Of a DNA stretch of 64,000 nucleotides, positions 17,980 to 27,595 are shown one piece after another (the first letter of the stretch is position 1; every line of letters begins with the position of its first letter). A program made the position numbers and the translations under genes. The notes below the pieces were generated by a model. It did no database searches and was not told the DNA's origin. It worked only from the letters and a program-made list of their open reading frames with translations. This DNA is from a candidate division WOR-3 bacterium. Its GTDB lineage: Bacteria > Hydrothermota > Tepidihabitantia > Tepidihabitantales > Tepidihabitantaceae. The stretch is from positions 41,923 through 105,922 of the forward strand of contig CBFGJX010000007.1 of the NCBI GenBank assembly GCA_965649225.1. The letters are read 5' to 3'.

Positions 17980-19484
17980 AGATACTCTGGATTGATGACG
18001 AGATTGAAATGCTCAGCCCGTTCATCTACGCCCTGCGCGACAAGGGCTATGAGGTCGTTACGGCGACCAACGGTCCGGACGGACTTGAGCTGCAGAAGAC
18101 CGCCGATTTCGATCTGGTGCTGCTGGACGAGATAATGACCGGGATGGACGGGCTGCAAGTGCTGGCGCAGTTGAAGGCGGCAGACCCCAATCTGCAGGTG
18201 GCGATGGTGACCAAGTCCGATGAAGAGCTGTTGATCAACGAGGCCTACGGCAAGCTGGTAGACGATTTCATCATCAAACCATTCACGCCGGCGCAACTGC
18301 TGGCGGTGGTCAAGCGACTGCTGGAGAAGCAGAAGATTGTCGCCGGGCGCATCGGTAACGAGTATATGGCTGCGGCCGGGCGGGAGCGCGAGGCCCGGAA
18401 CTGGTCAGACTGGGTTGCGGTCTATCGCAGCATTCTGCACTGGCAGCGGATGCTGGGCCGTTACGGCGATGCCGGGTTGAGCGAAGTACAGGCCGAACGC
18501 CGGCGCGACGCCAATGACGCCTTTGGCCGTTTTGTTGAAGCCGGCTATCGGGACTGGCTGGCCGGCTCGGGACCGCTGATGTCACATCGTTTGATTGAGA
18601 ATGTCGTCCGGCCGCTCTGGGAGGAGGGGCCGACCTGCCTGGTGGTTTTTGATTCGATGCGACTGGATCAGTGGGATGCGCTGGTGCCGCTGCTGCGTGA
18701 CTATTTTGCCGTCGATACCCGTGAGTACTGTGCGATACTGCCAACGGCGACCCCTTATGCACGCAACGCGATTTTCAGCGGCATGCTGCCGCTGGAAATC
18801 TGGCGCCGCTACCCGAAGTACTGGGTTTTTGATGAAACCGGGCAGAACCGTTATGAGTCGGAATTGCTCGGCAACCTGCTGGAGCGGCTTCGCTTCACTG
18901 GCCGTTCGGCCTTTGTCAAGGTTGCCCGCGGCGAGGAACTGGAGCAAGCCCGTTCGTCACTGCTCGACCGCAATGTCCGGTTTGCCGCGATTGTGGTGAA
19001 TTTCCTGGACCTGCTGATTCACGGGGTGCGTCAGACGCGGTTGCTGGATGAAGTTGCGCCCGACGATGCGGCGCTGGTGGGAATCACCCGAGTCTGGTTT
19101 GCCTCGTCGCCGGTGTATGAGCTGCTGCGGACTCTGGCCCGGCGTGGTGTCCGGGTTGTCGTAACCAGCGACCATGGCTTCATTCGGGTGCGGCGACCGA
19201 CGCTGATCTACGGCGGGCGCGAGCTTTCGGCAAATCTTCGCTACAAACACGGCCCGGCTCTGCGTGTCGAGGCGCGGGATGCTCTTCTCGTCGAGCGTCC
19301 CGCGGATTACCAGTTGCCGGTAGAAAATCCGGCGAACCGGTTCGCGATTGCCCGTTCTGATTACTATTTTATCTATCCGACCAAGCCGCGCGAGTACGAG
19401 AGGACCTACAAGTACACTCTTCAGCACGGCGGACTGTCGCTGGAAGAGATGATCGTCCCGGTGGCAGTGTTGCGGGCCCGATAA
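17976..19484 (+). CDS. porX: PorX-type response regulator (REC + PglZ/alkaline-phosphatase-fold domain)
   Basis: KILWIDDEI, LLDEIMTGMDG, VTKSDEE; PglZ motifs FDSMRLDQW, ILPTATPYARNAIFSG, TSDHG, NLRYK, QHGGLSLEEMIVP. Confidence 0.85.
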   Translation: MKILWIDDEIEMLSPFIYALRDKGYEVVTATNGPDGLELQKTADFDLVLLDEIMTGMDGLQVLAQLKAADPNLQVAMVTKSDEELLINEAYGKLVDDFIIKPFTPAQLLAVVKRLLEKQKIVAGRIGNEYMAAAGREREARNWSDWVAVYRSILHWQRMLGRYGDAGLSEVQAERRRDANDAFGRFVEAGYRDWLAGSGPLMSHRLIENVVRPLWEEGPTCLVVFDSMRLDQWDALVPLLRDYFAVDTREYCAILPTATPYARNAIFSGMLPLEIWRRYPKYWVFDETGQNRYESELLGNLLERLRFTGRSAFVKVARGEELEQARSSLLDRNVRFAAIVVNFLDLLIHGVRQTRLLDEVAPDDAALVGITRVWFASSPVYELLRTLARRGVRVVVTSDHGFIRVRRPTLIYGGRELSANLRYKHGPALRVEARDALLVERPADYQLPVENPANRFAIARSDYYFIYPTKPREYERTYKYTLQHGGLSLEEMIVPVAVLRAR

Positions 19485-19782
19485 GATTCGGCAGTCGTCC
19501 GACCTTAACCATAATTATACCAAGTATTTTCAGGCAAATACCGCTAACAGTCTGATTGTCAGTATGTTATTAATCTAGACTGCATCCGGACTCCCTCGTC
19601 TCGGAGGCGGTCGGTCACTGTTTGACGCTGTCGGCAGAGTTTGCTGAGAACGTCGGCTTCAGGGGCTGGTGGCGGGTGTGCAACGAGGTTGAACCGGGCG
19701 GGTGTAGAATCGGGTTGGCTGCTGGTGACCCGGGCGCCGGTCGGGTCGGAATGGATAGCTGTCCGGGTTCGACAGCGGTTTA

Positions 19783-22700
19783 CTAGCTCGTCTGGACAAT
19801 CCGCACCGGGCGGAGACCGGTGAACACGAGCCAGGTCGAGATTTTGCGGTCGGGATAGATGCGCCTGAGCGCGGCGGCGTAGTGAAAGAGCTGGGCGTCG
19901 TGGTATTCCTGTGCGACACGCTCAAGCTCGGCCTCTTTGACCGCGAAGGTCTTGTAGTCGTAAATGCGGACTTCGTCATCTTCGAAGATGACCCGGTCGA
20001 TGCGGCCGGTCCAGACCGTCGTGCCGTCAGAATACATCACCGGCAGTTCGGTTTCGGCGCCGGCGCGGGGGGCAATGATGGACCAGGCAGACTTGTCGGC
20101 AAGCAGGCGCTTGAGGTGCTTCAGTACGACCGGAACGATCTCAGGTGTCAGGTCCTTGATGGCGGGCGTCAGACTGGCGGGCAGGGTGTCTGCCGGCTGG
20201 TGGTTCTCGACTGTCGAAAGGGCGGCGTTGATGTCGGCCGGAGTAACCTTGCCCAGCGAAATCAGTTCGAGAATGTGGTGGACAGCGTCGCCGATGCCGA
20301 TGGTTTCGTCCGGATGGCGTTTGAAATCGGAAGCGACGTTGCGGGTTATCGCATTGACGCGCGGAGGTGGCTGGACCGCAGCGGGACGCAGCACGCGGCG
20401 CGACGGGGCTTTGGCCGCGGCTTGGGCCGGGGCCGGGACATCGGGGATGGTGTCGGCGTTGACGCAGGAGACACCAGGGATGCCGAGGTCAGGAGAAAAG
20501 CGAAACTCCGCAGGTACAAGCTTCAGATGCTCCACCAGCCAGCCAAGCTGGGTCTTCTCGACTTTCCACTTCTGATCGCCGAGGGCGCCGACAAGGAACA
20601 GGCCGTCGCGGGCGCGGGTGCAGGCGACATAGAAGATGCGTTTCTCTTCCTCCAGTTCTTTTTGAACATAGGTCATGTGGAAATCGCTCTGCCGACGCAG
20701 GTTGGCATCGGGGAGCCAGGACACCAGTACCTCTTCCGGGCCGGTTTCCTCGATTACCAGTTCGCTCTTGGCGGATTTGTCAAGAGGCTTGAGCACCTCA
20801 TCGAGTCCGGCGTAGAAGACCACCGGGAACTGCAGGCCCTTGGCGGCGTGGACTGTCATCAACTGGACCGCGTTGCGGCCTTCGGGTCTGACATCGGCCT
20901 TTGATTCGTCGGCGTCGGCTTTCTGGAGGGCGGAGATGATGCGCAGGGGCGTTTCACCGGCGGCGGCGCGGTTTTCGATGAGCTCAAGCAGCTTGCGCAG
21001 GTTGGCGACCCGCTGGGGTTCCCAGAATGTCTGCCAGACCTTTTGCTCGGCCAGTACGGCTTCGAGAATACGGGCCAGCGGGCGCACCGGCACCAGCGCG
21101 CGCCAGCGGTCAAGCGTTGCAATGGCCGTGGCCAGCGGCGAGCCGGGCGGCGCGCTCACGCGGCAGCGTTCGAGCAGGGAGGGCGCGTCAGCCGAGTTGG
21201 CGAGAAAGATGTCGCGCTCGGGTATGCCGAAAACCGGACCGCGCAGGGTGGCGTAGAGCGCGAGGCTGTCGAACGGGTCAACCAGTGCGGTGGCAAGCTT
21301 GATGACATAGCGCACCTCGGGCTCTTGGTAGAACCCGGTGCCACCGCAGACGAGGAAGGGAATTCCGGCCGCGCGCAGGGCGTCTTCGAGCGCGGGCAGG
21401 CTCTGGCGCGAGCGAAACAGGATGCCGATGTCGGAGTAGTTGCAGGGCCGGGCGGTCTCGGTTCCGTCCGGGCTGCGGTTGTACACCGTGAACGGGTTGA
21501 CCGGGTTGACCAGTGCGCGGATGCGGCGGGCAATCACACGGGCGCAGGTCTCGCGCCGCTCTTCGGCTTTGCCCTCGCCGGGCGCGATGATGACTTCGAC
21601 CGCGCCGGGCGCGTCATTAGAGCGGGCGCGGCGGAATGGCGTGTAGCGGGTCTGCCAGGGTTCGGCCTTGTCTGCTTTCGGTGACATCAGGCTCGAGAAG
21701 AGCCGGTTGTTGAAGTCGATGATTGACTGGAGACTGCGGTAATTGTCTTCAAGCGTGATGCGGTTGACCTTGTCGCGACCCAGCCATTCTTCGAGCTTGT
21801 CCGCGGCCTTGCTGAACACCTCGACCTTGGCGCCGCGGAAAAGGTAGATGGACTGTTTGTCGTCGCCGACGAGGAAAATGGTCGGTTCGACGCCGCGGTC
21901 AGCCTTGGCGCCCGCACCCGAGCGCCACTCTTCGGTAAGTTTGTCGATGATGCCCCATTGCAGGTAGGAGGTGTCCTGAAACTCGTCCACGAGCAGGTGG
22001 TCGGTGTGTTCATCGAAGGCGCGCAGGACATTCTGCCAGTCCGGGTCGCGCTCGAGCAACTGCAGTGCAAGGTACTCCATGTCGGCATAGTCAACCTGGC
22101 CGGCGTCGCGCTTGGCGGCTTCGTAGGCCGCGAGGAAGCGCTGGCGGAACAGCTCGAAGCTGCGGGTGAACTCGGCGGCATAGGCGTCGGCGCGCAGCAG
22201 GCTGTAGTACCGCCACAGCCGTTCGTTCCAGTCCTTCTCCGCTTCCTTGCCTTTGCCGCGGGGCCTGCGGGGCGTGCCGTTCTGGGTCAGAAACAGCTCG
22301 GACTGGGCTTGGAGCGTTTCGATTGCGGCGCGGACAGCGGCAGGGCTGAAATCAGTGGGGAACACAACGCCGGTGTCGGTCAGCCTTCGGGTGAGCGGGT
22401 CGGCGCGCAGGTCGTCGGTAAGCCGTTTGAGCAGTTCCCGGTCAACCAGTTCGACCCGGCCCCGGGCGATGTTGATCCGTTGCCCAAAGAATTTATCGAA
22501 AAGCTTGGACAGAGCTTCCCAGCCGATTCGCTCTTCCTTTGTGACGAGTTCGAGCAGAAGGTTCAGGGCATCGTTGTCCTGTTCCGACTGGGCGATGGCC
22601 ATCAGCGCATCGTACTTGGCCGCAGTCCAGATTTCAGACGGATCGGGCAGGACATCAACGCGCGGGTCAAGGTCGAGCGACGGAGCGAACCGGCGGATGA

Positions 22701-22965
22701 GGGTCAGGCAGAAAGAGTGGATTGTCGAAATCCGGAGCTTGAGTGCGTCGAGGCGCAGGCGCTTTCCCAGTTCGGGGTCACGCTCGGATACGCGCTGGAA
22801 GATGCGTTCTTTCATTTCGGCCGCAGCCTTTTCGGTGAATGTCAGGGTCAGAATCCGCTCGGGCGGCACTCCGGCCTCGAGCAGTTCGATGTAGCGCCGG
22901 GTGAGCCGCTCGGTCTTGCCCGAGCCGGCCGGGGCAAAGATGACCTCGTGGCGCAGTTCCGACAT
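19783..22965 (-). CDS. addA: AddA-type UvrD helicase with C-terminal PD-(D/E)XK nuclease
   Basis: APAGSGKT, TFTEKAAAEM, VDEFQDTS, VGDDKQSIYLFRGA, NYRS, TVHAAKGLQF, YVACTRARD; nuclease GRIDRV..DYKT. Confidence 0.9.
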   Translation of the reverse strand: MSELRHEVIFAPAGSGKTERLTRRYIELLEAGVPPERILTLTFTEKAAAEMKERIFQRVSERDPELGKRLRLDALKLRISTIHSFCLTLIRRFAPSLDLDPRVDVLPDPSEIWTAAKYDALMAIAQSEQDNDALNLLLELVTKEERIGWEALSKLFDKFFGQRINIARGRVELVDRELLKRLTDDLRADPLTRRLTDTGVVFPTDFSPAAVRAAIETLQAQSELFLTQNGTPRRPRGKGKEAEKDWNERLWRYYSLLRADAYAAEFTRSFELFRQRFLAAYEAAKRDAGQVDYADMEYLALQLLERDPDWQNVLRAFDEHTDHLLVDEFQDTSYLQWGIIDKLTEEWRSGAGAKADRGVEPTIFLVGDDKQSIYLFRGAKVEVFSKAADKLEEWLGRDKVNRITLEDNYRSLQSIIDFNNRLFSSLMSPKADKAEPWQTRYTPFRRARSNDAPGAVEVIIAPGEGKAEERRETCARVIARRIRALVNPVNPFTVYNRSPDGTETARPCNYSDIGILFRSRQSLPALEDALRAAGIPFLVCGGTGFYQEPEVRYVIKLATALVDPFDSLALYATLRGPVFGIPERDIFLANSADAPSLLERCRVSAPPGSPLATAIATLDRWRALVPVRPLARILEAVLAEQKVWQTFWEPQRVANLRKLLELIENRAAAGETPLRIISALQKADADESKADVRPEGRNAVQLMTVHAAKGLQFPVVFYAGLDEVLKPLDKSAKSELVIEETGPEEVLVSWLPDANLRRQSDFHMTYVQKELEEEKRIFYVACTRARDGLFLVGALGDQKWKVEKTQLGWLVEHLKLVPAEFRFSPDLGIPGVSCVNADTIPDVPAPAQAAAKAPSRRVLRPAAVQPPPRVNAITRNVASDFKRHPDETIGIGDAVHHILELISLGKVTPADINAALSTVENHQPADTLPASLTPAIKDLTPEIVPVVLKHLKRLLADKSAWSIIAPRAGAETELPVMYSDGTTVWTGRIDRVIFEDDEVRIYDYKTFAVKEAELERVAQEYHDAQLFHYAAALRRIYPDRKISTWLVFTGLRPVRIVQTS

Positions 22966-25764
22966 CTATTCCTTCTCGACCTGCGGGCCTGCGCCGCAGA
23001 GATAGCGGAAGTCACAGTTGTCGCAAGTGTCGTTCTTCGCCGGTTCGGCCCGGAAACGGCCTGAGCGGATGCCGGCCATCACCTCTACCGTGGTCTCAAG
23101 GGCAGCCTTGACCAGTTCTTCGAGTGAATATTCCTTGCCGGCGAGCCAGCGGATGCGTGCTTCGCGCAGCGAGTAGATGCCGATGTTGTCGACCGGCCGG
23201 CCGGTTGAGTCAGCGATGAGCTTGGCGTAGAGCGGAAGCTGGACGTGGGTTCGTTTCGCGACCACATCGTTGGCCGAGATGTCTGCCTTGCCGGTCTTGT
23301 AGTCGAGCACGCGCAGGCCGTCGGGATGTTCGTCCAGGCGGTCGAGGCGGCCCTTGACTCTGATGTCTTTGGTGACTTGGCCTTCAAGTGTCAGCTCGGT
23401 TTCTTTCGGCTGCCAGTTCGCCGCGCGCAGCTCGGTTTCGATTTTCTTGATGCCGGGCAGGATGTTGTCGAACACGCGGCGCGCGGCTTCGGCCCAGAAC
23501 GGTGGCAGGCCGGCTTCGCGCAGGGCGGCGTCAAATGCGGCCCGGGCTCGTTCTTCGAGTCGGGCGAGCGGCATCGGACCTCCATGGTAGAGCCGGCCGA
23601 ACGCGTCGTGGACTACCGTGCCCCATTGCTGGCTGCCGATCTCGAACTGTGGTTCGGACGGGCTTTCGACACCCAGCACCCGTTCGAGATAGAAGCGATA
23701 GGGGCAGATGCGAAACGATTCAATCGCGGTGACCGATACGGCGCGGTCAGGGCCGAAACGTCTGGCAAGTTCGGCTCTGGCCGCGTCGTCGGACTCGTAG
23801 TCGACTTCGAAAGTCTGCTCGGTGAAGGAGCGGCCCGACCGAGCGCCGGCGTCGATCTGTTCTTCGATTGCCGCGCAATACGGGCCGGGTTCAGGCGGCT
23901 TCAGCGTCGGCAACGAAAGAAATGGCGTGGTCAGGACCGGGTTGCCGCCTTCGGTTTCGAAGGCGCAGAGCAGCGGCGTTTCGACGGCGCCGTCAATGGC
24001 GGCACGCAGATGGAAGCGCTGGCGATCGCGATGCCGGTCAATGTCGGGAATGCTCAGTTTGCGGCGCAGGCGGTCGGGCAGAATCGGGTCGGTGCGATAG
24101 GAACCGGGAAGGTTGGTCTCAGTCAGATTGCCGACTATCAGCCGGCGCGGGTGCAGGTTGAGAATTTCGGTCAGGTTGACAACCAGCACGCCGGCGGGCG
24201 CCGGCTCAGCTCTGCCGCGTTCCAGCCCGATGAGGTGGTTGAGCGTGCGGATGAAGGCGCGGCGCGATTCGGATTCGGCGCCGAACTCGGCTTCGAAGCC
24301 GGCCAGTTCGTCGAGGATGTCGTAGAGCGCGCCACGGTCTTCAAGCAGGGGCTCGGCTTCAGGCAGGGCAGTCGAAGCACCGCGTCCGAAGCTGATCGCT
24401 TCCAGAAAAGCCTTGAGCCGGGCGGCCTGGTTGCCAAGAGTGTCGGTTGGTTCGAGCATCTTGTCGGCAAAGCCGATGGCCCGGCGCACGCGCGCCTGCA
24501 GGTCGTTGCAGAGAGGCTTCTCAAAGTCGTCGAGCCAGCCCTCGGCAGCCTCGAGCCGCTCGTAGATTTTCTTCCAGTTTTCTTTGCCCTTGATGATACC
24601 GGCGCGGCGTGAGATGTTGTTTACCGCCGCCGCAGCGGCACGGCAGGCGGTGTCGTCAGGGTCGTCAGGCAGGCGTAACAGTTCGGGCAGCCAGTCTGAT
24701 GATAGCGCAGCAGCGAAGGGCAGGCGCTGGAATTCGGTGTCGATCGCGCGGAGCAGCTCAATCACTGCCGCAACCGGTGGTGAAGCGCCGAGAGAGACGT
24801 CAGGATAGAGCGTGGCCGGTACGCCGTAGGACTCGAACACGCGCCGTACCAGCGGGGCACAAGCGGTCAGGTCGGGCAGGGCAACGATCGTGTCGGACAG
24901 GTCGGCTTGAGCCCGAAGGTGTCGGGCAATCCCCGCCAGTTGAGCTTCGCGATCGGCGAAAACATGGATTCCCGCCGGTCCTGGACGGGAGGGAGAAGAG
25001 GGTTCTTCGGTGGCAAATCCGCCCAGCTGTTCCAGCAGGGTGCGGAAGACACCGGTCAGCGCGTAGTCTTCGTCGCCGGGATCGCCGCTCCAGCAGGAGG
25101 CAACGGTGGTGTCGGCGGAATCAACCAGCGCGGCAATCAGTCCTGATTCAAGCGGATTCGGGTCGGCAAAGCCGTCGAGTATGACCACTTTCGGGGCGAG
25201 GCCAGCTGCGCCAAGCAGGTCGGGAGCGCGTGCGGCGATGTCTTGTTCGTCAACGAAGTTATGGCGCTGAAGCTGCTGTTGGTAGGCCTCGTAGACACCG
25301 AGGGCCTCGAGTGCGCGTTCGAGTGGTCTGGGGTATCCGGCAAGCTCCTCGTTGAACAGGGTCGCGAGGCTTTGCCGCTTTTCGGCCGGAACCCAGGTCT
25401 TGATATCGGCGATGAACTCAGCGACTGCACCGGCATAGCCCAGTGTCGGTGTTGCGCCCGGTCGCTGGAGCAGACGACGCACGAGCAGCAGGCGCGAACT
25501 GTTGGAAAGCGGTCTGGCTGTCCCGGCATTGTGGAGGATTTCGCGCGCAAGCTGGCCCGGGGTAAGGAAGTGTGGCGGAATGAAGCCACTCCGGCCGCAG
25601 ATTCCTGCGAATTCGTGTTCCGCCGAGCGCCGCTTCCGCTGGTTGGGCGCGAGATAAACGATTGAGCGATAGTCGGGACCCGGTACGATTTTAAGCGCTT
25701 CTGCAAAAAGCCAACGGGTGACATCGGCGCAGCCGAAGCGGGCAAGCAGAACCCGACGGTTCAA
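22966..25764 (-). CDS. addB: AddB-type nuclease with Fe-S staple
   Basis: Inactive helicase-like N-region; CPYRFY, GRLDRLD..LDYKTG, QLPLY, CDNCDFRYLC; directly upstream of addA. Confidence 0.85.
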   Translation of the reverse strand: MNRRVLLARFGCADVTRWLFAEALKIVPGPDYRSIVYLAPNQRKRRSAEHEFAGICGRSGFIPPHFLTPGQLAREILHNAGTARPLSNSSRLLLVRRLLQRPGATPTLGYAGAVAEFIADIKTWVPAEKRQSLATLFNEELAGYPRPLERALEALGVYEAYQQQLQRHNFVDEQDIAARAPDLLGAAGLAPKVVILDGFADPNPLESGLIAALVDSADTTVASCWSGDPGDEDYALTGVFRTLLEQLGGFATEEPSSPSRPGPAGIHVFADREAQLAGIARHLRAQADLSDTIVALPDLTACAPLVRRVFESYGVPATLYPDVSLGASPPVAAVIELLRAIDTEFQRLPFAAALSSDWLPELLRLPDDPDDTACRAAAAAVNNISRRAGIIKGKENWKKIYERLEAAEGWLDDFEKPLCNDLQARVRRAIGFADKMLEPTDTLGNQAARLKAFLEAISFGRGASTALPEAEPLLEDRGALYDILDELAGFEAEFGAESESRRAFIRTLNHLIGLERGRAEPAPAGVLVVNLTEILNLHPRRLIVGNLTETNLPGSYRTDPILPDRLRRKLSIPDIDRHRDRQRFHLRAAIDGAVETPLLCAFETEGGNPVLTTPFLSLPTLKPPEPGPYCAAIEEQIDAGARSGRSFTEQTFEVDYESDDAARAELARRFGPDRAVSVTAIESFRICPYRFYLERVLGVESPSEPQFEIGSQQWGTVVHDAFGRLYHGGPMPLARLEERARAAFDAALREAGLPPFWAEAARRVFDNILPGIKKIETELRAANWQPKETELTLEGQVTKDIRVKGRLDRLDEHPDGLRVLDYKTGKADISANDVVAKRTHVQLPLYAKLIADSTGRPVDNIGIYSLREARIRWLAGKEYSLEELVKAALETTVEVMAGIRSGRFRAEPAKNDTCDNCDFRYLCGAGPQVEKE

Positions 25765-25794
25765 TGTCGTACCGCGATTGCGGTCGCGCGAAAG

Positions 25795-25902
25795 CTACCG
25801 GTTGGCGGCTTTCTGAAGTGCCTTACGTGCTTCTTTCCGCCGCTTTGCCTTGATTTTCCAGCGATGGCGGATGCGGACGAGTTTGGTCTTGCTGCGTGCC
25901 AT
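25795..25902 (-). CDS. Small highly basic protein, 35 aa (MARSKTKLVRIRHRWKIKAKRRKEARKALQKAANR), absent from the ORF track
   Basis: ATG at 25902 preceded by GAGGAG RBS; TAG at 25797-25795; fills the gap between co-directional genes. Confidence 0.7.
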   Translation of the reverse strand: MARSKTKLVRIRHRWKIKAKRRKEARKALQKAANR

Positions 25903-25920
25903 AGTTCTCCTCAGTTTTTG

Positions 25921-27318
25921 TCAGCGGACAATACAAAGCCGACGAACATCGTTCCTGGTCACAACGAAGTAAACACCAGCAGGAATCAACCTGCCGGTAG
26001 CGAGATGCCGATCGGCGGTCACGTTGGTGTCGGCAGGTAGCTTCAGAATCAGCCGACCCAGCGGGTCGATGATTGACCCTGCGGCCGGGGCGAAACCCGC
26101 TGATGGTCCAGCCAACGAAGAGTGGTGCTCAGGCCGGATGATTGATGGCGGCTCAGCAACACCGGTAAAGGGCCGGCTGTGCAGGCAGAAAACCTGTGAG
26201 GATTCCGGCGTGCGGCCGGCGACGATGAGACAGTGCCCGTTCTGTTCAGCGGTAAGAGCAACGGCACCGCCGGATGTCTGGCCGTCAGCCCTGATGGTGG
26301 AGTTGAAGAACATTCCATTTGGCGTTCGCCAACAGTGGTATAGCTCCTCAGTATTAATGTTGCCGTTGATTCTTTCCCAGGTTATGTGGACCGCACCGGC
26401 GCTGCAGGCGAAGCCACGCAGCGCCGCGCTGGCATCAGCGGTCATCAGCCGGGCCGGTTGCCAGATTCGGCTGCCGGCAGGCCGGTTCAGATAATAGGTA
26501 TGAAACGGCATGCCCCAGCCTTCGTTACCGGTGATGACGGTATGCAGTTCGCCATCCGGCCCAGCCGCGATAGCAGACGAGTAATCCGCCGGATTGGGTG
26601 TCGCAAGAACTTCGTATTCCCAGACAGTATCTTGGCGAGTGTTGCCTTCGGCATGGTGGACGCGGTAAGCAGGATAATTTCCGCCGCGGTAGGTGATGTG
26701 AATTCCGCCGTCGGGGGATAGGGCAATGAAGGGCTCGGCGCCGGAGCCAAAGTCGCCAAGCTCGCTGCCGTACAGGATTTGTTGCCGCCATGTTCCTGAG
26801 TCCTGACGGGCGAACGCGATTCGCCACCGACCGGTTGAATCCCGCGTTATCCAGGCAACGTAAGCGTCGCCTGCCGGATTGACGGCGACGGTGGGCCGGA
26901 AGTCATCGATGGTATCCGAGGTCAACCGCGTGATCTGCCATCGACCGTTGCGGCAGGCAGCGTGAAACACGTCGTGCCGGGTGCCCCAGGGTGCGCACCA
27001 CACGACGTGAGGGGTGCCGCTGGTTGATTCGACAGCCAGTGCCGGCAGGGTTGCCGTGCTTTCGGCAATCACAACCGGGTCAGACCAGGCCGAATCGGCG
27101 GTCCGACGGCGGTAGACGATTCGGAAAGGAGCGTTGCCGGTGCGTTCAGTCCAGACGGCATGGAGCGTTCCCGAATTGTCGGCAACCAGCGACTGCCGCC
27201 CGACGGACTTTTCGCTGTTGCTGCTGGTCAGGGTGTCGATGGCGACAGTGACCCACCCCTGAGCAGTAGCGGTTGCACCAGCGAGTACGGCTGCGGCTAA
27301 GAGGCGGGTAATCGACAC
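25921..27318 (-). CDS. Secreted beta-propeller-like repeat protein with degenerate C-terminal sorting domain
   Basis: Signal peptide; repeated G.(L/P)H.VW / G..H..(Y/W) blades; C-terminus IIDPLGRLI...PAGVYFV...RRLCIVR. Confidence 0.65.
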   Translation of the reverse strand: MSITRLLAAAVLAGATATAQGWVTVAIDTLTSSNSEKSVGRQSLVADNSGTLHAVWTERTGNAPFRIVYRRRTADSAWSDPVVIAESTATLPALAVESTSGTPHVVWCAPWGTRHDVFHAACRNGRWQITRLTSDTIDDFRPTVAVNPAGDAYVAWITRDSTGRWRIAFARQDSGTWRQQILYGSELGDFGSGAEPFIALSPDGGIHITYRGGNYPAYRVHHAEGNTRQDTVWEYEVLATPNPADYSSAIAAGPDGELHTVITGNEGWGMPFHTYYLNRPAGSRIWQPARLMTADASAALRGFACSAGAVHITWERINGNINTEELYHCWRTPNGMFFNSTIRADGQTSGGAVALTAEQNGHCLIVAGRTPESSQVFCLHSRPFTGVAEPPSIIRPEHHSSLAGPSAGFAPAAGSIIDPLGRLILKLPADTNVTADRHLATGRLIPAGVYFVVTRNDVRRLCIVR

Positions 27319-27321
27319 GGC

Positions 27322-27579
27322 TCAGTCGGTTACTTTGTAGACGACGTCGTTTTCGTGGCAGCGGCAGCCCACCTTCATCCCGGCTTCGCCACCGATCTCC
27401 AGCTTGGCGATGGCCTGGTGTTCGATTTGAAGCGATTCAACAGTCTGGACGTGGTCGGTGTGGGCGCCTTTGATGTGGATAGTGTCACCTACTGCCAGCG
27501 GCGCGTCGGTCGCGCGGATAACCGCAACTCCGACCTTGCCGAAGTAGTGCGTGATAATGCCAACCTTTGTTTCGGGCAT
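27322..27579 (-). CDS. Small EF-Tu domain II-like / peptidase U32 C-terminal-like protein
   Basis: VGIITHYFGKVGVA, LAVGDTIHIKG..TD..Q.VESLQIEH, GMKV..RCHENDVVYKV; GAGG RBS. Confidence 0.8.
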   Translation of the reverse strand: MPETKVGIITHYFGKVGVAVIRATDAPLAVGDTIHIKGAHTDHVQTVESLQIEHQAIAKLEIGGEAGMKVGCRCHENDVVYKVTD

Positions 27580-27595
27580 GGTACCTCCTCGGTCG

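Noticed and set aside
17976..19484. BREX defence system suggested by the PglZ domain
   Set aside because: PglZ is fused to a receiver domain (PorX architecture) and no brxC, pglX or brxL is nearby.
19503..19531. Possible dif (XerCD) site
   Set aside because: CTTAACCATAA resembles a reversed XerD arm, but the opposite arm does not match XerC.
22966..23720. Cas4 / CRISPR locus
   Set aside because: The Fe-S PD-(D/E)XK domain is the C-terminus of AddB next to AddA; no cas1/cas2 or repeat-spacer array in the window.
19882..24612. Long plus-strand ORFs (340, 368 and 455 aa)
   Set aside because: Antisense shadows of high-GC addA/addB with no motifs. The same applies to 2078-3037, 3753-4973, 9098-10417 and 35305-36288.
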